10,025 bases of DNA from Archangiaceae bacterium. Its GTDB lineage: Bacteria > Myxococcota > Myxococcia > Myxococcales > Myxococcaceae. Below the pieces are notes generated by a model. The model was not told the origin of the DNA. It did not search any database and saw nothing but the letters and a program-made list of their open reading frames with translations. Shown in pieces: positions 1 to 6,818 of the stretch (within the stretch, counting starts at the first letter, position 1; each line of letters starts with the position of its first letter). The position numbers were made by a program, and so were the translations under genes. The DNA lies in contig JAYVCD010000214.1 in assembly GCA_043750125.1 (NCBI GenBank), positions 1 to 10,025 on the forward strand. Reading direction: 5' to 3'.

Positions 1-36
1 TTGCTGAGGCTTCGCTTCGGGCTCGAGTCGAGCTGA
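1..36 (+). CDS. Possible 3' end of a convergent plus-strand gene (…LLRLRFGLESS*), truncated by the window edge
   Basis: Frame 1 is open from base 1 to TGA at 34-36 with mostly G/C third positions, ending 4 bp before the stop of the convergent minus-strand gene. Only 11 codons are visible. Confidence 0.3.
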   Translation: MLRLRFGLESS

Positions 37-40
37 ACGG

Positions 41-622
41 TCAGAAGATGAGGCCCAACGTCGCGAGCAGATCGACGTACCGAGACGGCCCTTCGCCCAG
101 CAGGTGCGTCATCGAGGCCCGAACGTTCAGCCGCGCGCCCAGGCCGCTGTCTTTGCTGCGCAGCAGATCGAGGCTGACCCCCAGGCCCGAGTCGAGGCCG
201 CTGCGGTGGTGAACGCCGTGATCCCCGTGCGACGACGAGAGCCCGAGCAGCCCGGTGATCGGATCTGCTTTTGCGTCCTCCCAGCCCAGCTCGTGCAGGT
301 GGGCGAAGGCCAGGAAGAGGTACGGCTTGATCCGCGCGTCCGAGGGCCACTCGAGCCGGGTACCGATCTTGATCGCCACCAGTGCGTCCAACGGGGCCGT
401 GAACAACCCCAGACCGACCGAGAGCTCGGGCCGCAGCCATGAGAAGACCCTGCGGTTGATCCCGATCAGCCCGATTCCGCCGGGACCCAGGCTGTCTGTG
501 CGCAAGCCGCCCGCGAGGCCAACGAAGACTTCCCACCTGGAAGGAGCCGCTTCGAGGACGACTTCTTCGACGGCTGGAGCCTGGGAAATCATTGTCGACA
601 GCACCAGCAATGCGTTGAGCAT
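41..622 (-). CDS. Hypothetical small outer-membrane beta-barrel protein (about 8 strands, OmpA/OmpW-like topology)
   Basis: ORF 41-658; the ATG at 622 gives a signal-peptide-like start (MLNALLVLSTMISQA). Eight alternating amphipathic segments: WEVFVGLAGGL, GIGLIGINRR, LRPELSVGLGL, LVAIKIGTRLEW, IKPYLFLAFAH, SGLDSGLGVSLDL, LGARLNVRASMTH, YVDLLATLGLIF. Has a PY motif typical of OmpA-like barrels and a C-terminal Phe (BAM signal-like). Start codon uncertain (622 vs 658). Confidence 0.65.
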   Translation of the reverse strand: MLNALLVLSTMISQAPAVEEVVLEAAPSRWEVFVGLAGGLRTDSLGPGGIGLIGINRRVFSWLRPELSVGLGLFTAPLDALVAIKIGTRLEWPSDARIKPYLFLAFAHLHELGWEDAKADPITGLLGLSSSHGDHGVHHRSGLDSGLGVSLDLLRSKDSGLGARLNVRASMTHLLGEGPSRYVDLLATLGLIF

Positions 623-704
623 GCTGTCGTAGTGGCGCGGATTTCGAGCCCAATTCATTTGGACTTCGGTGGATCGTTTGGGTCGCGGCCGGCAACCAAC
701 GACT

Positions 705-1718
705 TCAGCCGCGGTCCATTCGCGGAACCAGGTGCTGCAGAGATCGCTCGAAGCGGTAGTTCACATTCATGTGACCGTCTTCGAACTCTTCGTGCAGCAG
801 TTGTTCGACCCCGCCGTGCTTGAGCTCCTCGATCACGATCCGCGCACCCCACCGCAGGTTGAACTCGTCCTTGGTCCCGCAATCGATGAACAGGCTCTTC
901 AATTTTCGGTAGCTGTCGACATGCTTGGGGACGAAGCGAACCGGGTCGTGCACCAACCAACGGTTCCAGGTTTCAATCTTCAGTCGTCCAGTCTGCAGGT
1001 CCACCGGGAGCTCGAGCCCCAGGGGCTCACCTTTCTTCGGTGAATAGGCCGCCGACATCGCGAGCATGTTGATCACGGTGTGGTCTTCGGACCGCATCTT
1101 GGTCGCGCTCGCGCGTTCCTTGAAGTCGCGAAACCACGGCTCGATGCCCCCCGTCTTGTTGATCGGCCCGAGCGCGACCGGCAATTCATGCAGGTAGCAA
1201 TACTCGAAGCCCGCATCGCCCGAGTGCACGCCGATGTGCTGAAAAACTTCCGGGTGGAAACGCGAGATGTTCATCGCCCCGAAACCTCCGGAGCTCTTCC
1301 CGACCAGGGCCCGCGCGCTGCCCTTGGCGATGGTGCGCAGGGTCCGGTCGGCCCAGATCACCATGTCCCGCGCGACGTAGTTTCGGTACTGGCCGATGCC
1401 TTCGCTGTTCATCCATTGGCTGCCCCCCAGTGAGCTCCAGCCATCGACGAAGATTCCGATGCACGAGGGAATCGCACCGCTGGCGATCATCGCGTCCAGG
1501 CGCTCAGGGACGTTGCGGGTGAAGGGCGAGGTGTTGAGCCAGGCCATCCCCGAACCGGTGAACCCATGAAGAAAATACACCACCGGGTAACGCTCGGTCG
1601 TCTTCTCGGCGTAGCCCGGAGGCAGGTAGACCGGAGTCTTCCGGGTGGAAGGATCGCCCAGGGGATTTCCCTCGAGCGAACCGCCGAAAACGTCGAACAC
1701 CTGCACGCTGCCTTTCAT
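705..1718 (-). CDS. Alpha/beta-hydrolase, putative esterase family (Fes/enterochelin esterase-like), cytoplasmic
   Basis: VYLPPGY…YPVVYFLHG motif; nucleophile elbow GKSSGG (Ser142, 1293-1295); candidate acid in DCGTKDE; catalytic His in DGHM (His316). No signal peptide. GGGGAG SD-like sequence at 1729-1734. Confidence 0.88.
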   Translation of the reverse strand: MKGSVQVFDVFGGSLEGNPLGDPSTRKTPVYLPPGYAEKTTERYPVVYFLHGFTGSGMAWLNTSPFTRNVPERLDAMIASGAIPSCIGIFVDGWSSLGGSQWMNSEGIGQYRNYVARDMVIWADRTLRTIAKGSARALVGKSSGGFGAMNISRFHPEVFQHIGVHSGDAGFEYCYLHELPVALGPINKTGGIEPWFRDFKERASATKMRSEDHTVINMLAMSAAYSPKKGEPLGLELPVDLQTGRLKIETWNRWLVHDPVRFVPKHVDSYRKLKSLFIDCGTKDEFNLRWGARIVIEELKHGGVEQLLHEEFEDGHMNVNYRFERSLQHLVPRMDRG

Positions 1719-2525
1719 TTATGGCGCTCTCCCCAGCTTCTTCATCACTTCCTGCAGATCTGTCCACGCGAGCTTCTTCTCGGTGGGGACGCGGAGCAGG
1801 TACGCGGGGTGGAACGTGGGCATCAAGGGGATCCCTTCGTACGCGCGCCATTGGCCACGCATCCGGGTGATCGCGGTCTGATCTTTGAGCAGGGCCTGGG
1901 CCGCGAACTTCCCCAGGGTCACGATCACCTTCGGCCGAACGCTGGCGATCTGGGCCTTCAAGAACGGCTCACAGGCAGCGATCTCGTCGGGCTCGGGGTT
2001 CTTGTTGTCGGCTGGGCGGCACTTCACGACGTTGCAGATGTAGACATCGTCGCGGGTGAGCTTCATCGCTTCGATCATCTTCGTCAGCAATTGACCCGCC
2101 TTCCCGACGAACGGCACGCCTTGCTGGTCCTCGTCGGCGCCCGGCGCTTCGCCGATGAACATCAACTCAGCCCGCGGGTTTCCGGAACCAAAGACAATCT
2201 GAGTCCGACCGCCGCTGAGCTTGCAGCGCTTGCAGTCGCCCAGCTCGGTGCGGATCTCATCGAGCGTTCGGCGCTCGCCGGGCGCAACCGGCGCCAGGGG
2301 AACAGGCTTCAGTCCCACGGCAGCCTTCGCTGCTGGAACCGCCGCTGCGACTCTGCGTGCTGAAGCAACGGGCGCAACGTTGAGAGCAGCGGCCTTCTCG
2401 TCTTGAGCTTCGACTGCCGGCTGGATTGCGTTCGGATCCTTCCAGATCAACTTGCTGCCATCGGCCTCTTGCCACGCGAGGTGCCTTCGAAGCTCGGCGG
2501 TGAGATCGGCCACTTCGTCTCTCAT
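1719..2525 (-). CDS. udg: Uracil-DNA glycosylase, family 4 ([4Fe-4S] type), with an N-terminal extension
   Basis: Motif A GEAPG; PFVGKAG; NVVKCRP; motif B HPAYLLR. Four cluster-ligand cysteines (CKRC, KCRP, ACEP). Its TAA abuts the next ATG (TAAATG). Confidence 0.95.
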   Translation of the reverse strand: MRDEVADLTAELRRHLAWQEADGSKLIWKDPNAIQPAVEAQDEKAAALNVAPVASARRVAAAVPAAKAAVGLKPVPLAPVAPGERRTLDEIRTELGDCKRCKLSGGRTQIVFGSGNPRAELMFIGEAPGADEDQQGVPFVGKAGQLLTKMIEAMKLTRDDVYICNVVKCRPADNKNPEPDEIAACEPFLKAQIASVRPKVIVTLGKFAAQALLKDQTAITRMRGQWRAYEGIPLMPTFHPAYLLRVPTEKKLAWTDLQEVMKKLGRAP

Positions 2526-2528
2526 GTC

Positions 2529-3737
2529 TCAGGCCTCGCCGATCAAATCCCAGATCCCGGCAGAAACTTCCCGCTTCGTGCCTGACAGCGGCGTCTGAAG
2601 GCCTGCGGGGCCCAGAACGACCACCTGGTTGTTGTCGCTGCCAAAGCCCATTCCCGGAACTGAGACGTCATTGGCGACGATGAAATCGAGCTTCTTCCGC
2701 CCGAGCTTCTCTTGCGCGTTTTCGAGGATCTTCTGCGTCTCGGCCGCGAAGCCGACCAACCTGGGCCGGGTCGCCTTGCCGTGAACGTGGGCGCTGGCCT
2801 CGGCCAGTACGTCGCGGGTGCGCACCAGGCTCAGCGTCTGTGCTTGCTCGGACTTCTTGACCTTCTGCGCCGCGACCACCGCCGGCCGCCAATCGCTGAC
2901 TGCGGCCGTCGCGATGAAGAAATCGACGTTCTCGACCCGCGACATGACTTCGACGGCCATCTGCTCGGCCGTCGTCACCGCCACCACATCGAAACCTTCA
3001 GGACCTGCCCCCGCCACCGGCCCCAGCACCACGGTGACGCTCGCCCCGCGCGCGCGCGCTTCCTCGGCCATCGCCAGGCCCATCTTTCCAGTCGACGGGT
3101 TGGACAAGAAGCGAACGGGATCAAGGAACTCACGGGTCGGCCCGGCGGTGATCAACACCCGCTTGCCGAACAGCTTGCCCGCGCTGCCCAACTGCGAGAC
3201 GGCATCGACCAGCGCGGACAGCTCGGCCAGCCGCCCGGATCCCACATCGCCGTCGGCGAGCAAGCCCACGCCCGGCCCCACCAACCGGAACCGCGGCTCG
3301 GCGAGCAGCGCGGCGAGATTTTCCTTCGTCCGCGCGTTGTCCCACATCGCGGTGTTCATCGCCGGAGCCAGCAGCACCGGCCCGCGAAACGCCAGCAACC
3401 CGGTGGTGACTGCGTCGTTGGCGATTCCCCCATGAATCCGGGCGATCAGGTCCGCCGTCGCCGGCGCGATCACGAAGACATCGGCCCAGCGGGCCAGGTG
3501 AAGGTGACCGAAGCTGGTTTCCTGTACCGGATCAAAAGTGTCCGTCGTCACCGGGTGGCCCGAGAGCGCCTGCATCGAGAGAGCGGTGATGAACTGCAGC
3601 GCGGCCGGCGTCATCGCCACGCGCACGTGGGCTCCAGCCCGGCGCAGCTCGCGCACCAGATCGCATGCCTTGTACGCAGCGATCCCGCCGCCGACCCCAA
3701 GCGCGATGCGACGGCCTTTGAGCCACGAACGGTCCAT
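2529..3737 (-). CDS. coaBC: Bifunctional phosphopantothenoylcysteine decarboxylase / phosphopantothenate-cysteine ligase
   Basis: CoaC part: GGGIAAYKA, GHLHLARWAD (His78), APATAD, PAMN (Asn128). CoaB part: TAGPTREFLDPVRFLSNPSTGKMG, AAVSD, QKVKK, VGFAAET, KKLDFIVANDV, GFGSDNN. Confidence 0.97.
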   Translation of the reverse strand: MDRSWLKGRRIALGVGGGIAAYKACDLVRELRRAGAHVRVAMTPAALQFITALSMQALSGHPVTTDTFDPVQETSFGHLHLARWADVFVIAPATADLIARIHGGIANDAVTTGLLAFRGPVLLAPAMNTAMWDNARTKENLAALLAEPRFRLVGPGVGLLADGDVGSGRLAELSALVDAVSQLGSAGKLFGKRVLITAGPTREFLDPVRFLSNPSTGKMGLAMAEEARARGASVTVVLGPVAGAGPEGFDVVAVTTAEQMAVEVMSRVENVDFFIATAAVSDWRPAVVAAQKVKKSEQAQTLSLVRTRDVLAEASAHVHGKATRPRLVGFAAETQKILENAQEKLGRKKLDFIVANDVSVPGMGFGSDNNQVVVLGPAGLQTPLSGTKREVSAGIWDLIGEA

Positions 3738-3746
3738 CAGTCCGAG

Positions 3747-3753
3747 CTCCCTT
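3747..3753 (-). promoter_or_regulatory. Shine-Dalgarno sequence for coaBC
   Basis: AAGGGAG on the minus strand, 9 nt upstream of the ATG at 3737. Confidence 0.65.
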
Positions 3754-3788
3754 AAGCCACTGTCCCGTTGGGCGAAAGCGTTTGTCGT

Positions 3789-6700
3789 CTACCGAGAATC
3801 GGGCGGTTCGGCGGCTCCGATTCCAGGTGAGACCGGCAGTTGAAGGTGCAGCTGCACCGACGCTCCGGTGTGAAGCTCGACCCGCTGGACCCGCTGCGAA
3901 TCTGCCCAGCGCGCAACTGCGGTGTAGGTCCCGCAGCGGAACCCGGCAGCGTTCAACATGCGTGGGGCATTGAGGGTATCGAACAGCACCGCGCCTTCGG
4001 TCGCCGCGAGCTGCTCGAACGAAGCCTCGGGGGGCGGTACTGCGTCACCCGGAAGGAGGATCAGCTCATCGGGCGCAACCGCCGCTTGCAGCGAGATAGC
4101 ACAAGAGCCGGGGGGAACGCCCAAGACCACGCGCATCGACGGCCCCGAGACGGCAAACGTCTGGCCTGAGGTGCTGACCCGGGTGATGAACACCCATTGA
4201 CCCTGCGCCGCGTCGATCGCGAAAGTACCGTCGAGCGCGGCTTCAGCATCGAGCTCCTGGTCCGAGCTCGCGTCGCGCAGGGTCACCATTCCTGAAACCG
4301 GGCGGCCCAACCCGTCCACCACCTTTCCGTTCACATGGGTCGCAGGCTTGAGGACGATGTCGGTGGGCCGACCGACGGCCATCGGGGCCGAGCCCCGGTT
4401 CTGACCCCGCTGAGCTTTGAGGACCGTGTCCGGCATCGAGAGGGACAACGAAAGGCGGAAGGTGCCGTCGCCGGCCGAGGTCACTTCGTCGCCCGAGTTG
4501 TCGCATTGCACCCGCGCACCCGAGACAGGGTTGCCCCCTACGTCGCGCACCGTACCCTCGACCACCGTGGCCTTCTTCAGCTTGACGGTTCCCATGTCGC
4601 GGCTGGCCTCCCAGGTGCCTTGCCAGTTCAATTCGTCGTAGCCCTCGGCACGGATGCTGATCACGGCGTTGCCCTCGCCATTTCCTCGCAGCGGCGCCGA
4701 GAAGCGACCGTCGACGGTATCCACCTGGGTCCCGTCCACTTCGAAGTGGGTCACCGGAGCGTCCGTGACTGCGTCCAACACCCTTCCGCTGGTCCGCAGC
4801 CGCGGCAGCATCACCACTTTGATCAAGCTCTGGGGTCCTTTGAACGTCTGCGGCTGCGAATACTCGAGGGCCGTGGACGCCTCGAGCCGATAGGCGACCT
4901 CGGGGTCGAGGCTCGAAAGAGTGAACTCACCTTTTGAATTCATCGTCGGGTGCGAGATCCACGGCTCGCTTCTCAGCTCGGCCCCTGACACCGGGGCCCC
5001 ACGCTCGTCGACGACGACCCCGCTCACGCTCAGCCCATGATCCAGCTGCACGTCGGCTTTGAAGTGTTGCCCTTCGATCAACGTGATCTTCAATGGCGGA
5101 GCGTCGCGGTAGTCCTCCGCCTGCACCGCCACCTGGTAACTGCCGCTTTCCAGACCTGAAATCGTCGCGACCCCGTCCGGCCCGGTCTCGCTGTTCAGCG
5201 CAGTCCGGTCTGCGCTGTTCGTCACTGTCACCGTGGCCGCGACGATCGCTGCTCGCCCTTCATGCACGAGCACGGTCACCCGGGCCCGCGCTTCCAGTCG
5301 GATGACGACTCCGTCGGCCGGAGCCGTGACCCTCACTGTCGTACGGCCAACCGCGTTCGAAAAAGCGGTCAGTTGCTGCAATCCCGGCTCGTCGAAGGTC
5401 AGCTCGAAGGTGCCATCGTCTTCCGAGGACACCTGCTCCAGCGGGGTCAAAGGGGCGCGCGCTTCGACTTCGGCTTGAGCCACCGGCTTTCCTTCGGAAT
5501 CGACGACCTTCCCGCGCACTTTGACCCCTCGTTTGACGACCACCTCGAGAGTGTTCTCACCCGGGTGAAGGTCTAACTCGCGGTGCCACTGCCGGAAGTC
5601 CGAGCTGGTCACGTCGAGCGTAACCGGCCCATCGCCCATTGGGCCCAGGACCATCAGCGCGCCTTGCGTGGCCTCTGCGCTGTAGGTCTCCCCCCCGCGC
5701 CCGGACGCGGTCACCTCGGCATCCGCGACGGGGTCACCCGATTCGTCGATGACGGTCACCGACAGCTTCGCCGCCGCGCGCAGCTCGAGATCAACGGTCT
5801 CCAGCTGATGCTCGAACGTCACCCCCTCGTTCCTGGAAACCAACGAATCGGTCGTCGCGGTCACGGTGCAGGAATCCGAGCCCAGACCATCGAAGCGGGT
5901 GGTGCCCGCGTGGGTCTGCTGCCCTGCCGGGTGCCCACCCTCACACTTGAGCGTCACCATCGCCTCGGCCGGCTTCCCCCCGATCGCCGTTCTCACCACC
6001 ACCGAATGCGTGGGCGACAGCGTCACTTCGAGAGGCTCAAGACCCGAGTGGACGGTTTGCTGGGACGGCGAGAGCCCCGGCGCTTCGACCCGCACCCAGA
6101 CGCCGTTCCCGTCATCGAGCCTGTCCAGCCCCACGAGACCGACGGCATCACTCACCGTCTCGATCATCTGAAAAGTATCCAGCGAGATGGCGGTCACCTT
6201 CGCTCCCCCCAGCGGCACGCCCCGTTTTTCTGCGTCGCGCTCACCCCGCAGCACCAGCAACGAGAGCACCGACCGCGCGAAGAGCCGCACCACCGCAGGT
6301 TCCTCTTCATCGGGGCTGAAGAATCCGGACCCGAACAGACTGCCCTTGGTTGCCGAGAGGTCGAGCGCTTCCTGCGGCAGATCTTCGAAGGTGAAGGTGC
6401 CGTCCGGGCCGCTGGTCCCAATCGCGATGGGCCGGCGCTGGGCTTTTCCGGACCGGACCACCTCGATGATTTCATGCGCGGTCTGAAGGTCGGTGCACTC
6501 GAGAATGGGCGCCGAGCACACGGGGCAAATCGCCGCCTCCAGGCCGTAACTTCCCGAGGCGAACACCCGCACTTCAGCCCCGGCCACGGGGTGACCGTCC
6601 TGGTCCTCAACGGTCCCGAAGACCAATCCGCGCCCCGCATCCGAAGCGGCGAAGACTTCGTCGCCCAGCCGCTGGGCCAGCGATCGGTCGGGCCCGGGAG

Positions 6701-6818
6701 CAGGGGTCGAACGATCTTCCAGTCGGCTGTTGACCGCCCTCTCATCGTTCGGCCAGAACGCCCAGGCCGCCCCCACCATCGCGATCCCCGCGCAGACCCA
6801 GAGGACTGGCTTCTTCAT
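3789..6818 (-). CDS. Membrane-anchored or secreted carboxypeptidase-regulatory-like repeat protein (paralog 2, 1009 aa)
   Basis: Basic N-terminus plus hydrophobic segment (MKKPVLWVCAGIAMVGAAWAFW). About 11 repeats of the G-x-V-x-D-x-x-G-x-P-V-x-x-A-x-V…DG-x-F pattern (e.g. VFGTVEDQDGHPVAGAEV, VRGKVVDSEGKPVAQAEV, VSGVVVDERGAPVSGAEL). ATGA overlap with the upstream gene at 6815-6818. Confidence 0.88.
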   Translation of the reverse strand: MKKPVLWVCAGIAMVGAAWAFWPNDERAVNSRLEDRSTPAPGPDRSLAQRLGDEVFAASDAGRGLVFGTVEDQDGHPVAGAEVRVFASGSYGLEAAICPVCSAPILECTDLQTAHEIIEVVRSGKAQRRPIAIGTSGPDGTFTFEDLPQEALDLSATKGSLFGSGFFSPDEEEPAVVRLFARSVLSLLVLRGERDAEKRGVPLGGAKVTAISLDTFQMIETVSDAVGLVGLDRLDDGNGVWVRVEAPGLSPSQQTVHSGLEPLEVTLSPTHSVVVRTAIGGKPAEAMVTLKCEGGHPAGQQTHAGTTRFDGLGSDSCTVTATTDSLVSRNEGVTFEHQLETVDLELRAAAKLSVTVIDESGDPVADAEVTASGRGGETYSAEATQGALMVLGPMGDGPVTLDVTSSDFRQWHRELDLHPGENTLEVVVKRGVKVRGKVVDSEGKPVAQAEVEARAPLTPLEQVSSEDDGTFELTFDEPGLQQLTAFSNAVGRTTVRVTAPADGVVIRLEARARVTVLVHEGRAAIVAATVTVTNSADRTALNSETGPDGVATISGLESGSYQVAVQAEDYRDAPPLKITLIEGQHFKADVQLDHGLSVSGVVVDERGAPVSGAELRSEPWISHPTMNSKGEFTLSSLDPEVAYRLEASTALEYSQPQTFKGPQSLIKVVMLPRLRTSGRVLDAVTDAPVTHFEVDGTQVDTVDGRFSAPLRGNGEGNAVISIRAEGYDELNWQGTWEASRDMGTVKLKKATVVEGTVRDVGGNPVSGARVQCDNSGDEVTSAGDGTFRLSLSLSMPDTVLKAQRGQNRGSAPMAVGRPTDIVLKPATHVNGKVVDGLGRPVSGMVTLRDASSDQELDAEAALDGTFAIDAAQGQWVFITRVSTSGQTFAVSGPSMRVVLGVPPGSCAISLQAAVAPDELILLPGDAVPPPEASFEQLAATEGAVLFDTLNAPRMLNAAGFRCGTYTAVARWADSQRVQRVELHTGASVQLHLQLPVSPGIGAAEPPDSR

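Noticed and set aside
1-36. Sigma-70 region 4-like LRLRFGL
   Set aside because: A stop follows three codons later with no helix-turn-helix. Too short to assign.
1719-2525. UdgX (covalent suicide UDG) or phage SPO1 polymerase-related call
   Set aside because: Lacks the UdgX KRRIH loop and has canonical family-4 motifs. There is no phage context.
6750-6818. Lipoprotein signal in paralog 2 (Cys9)
   Set aside because: The Cys lies at the start of the hydrophobic segment (LWVC), not in a lipobox after an h-region.
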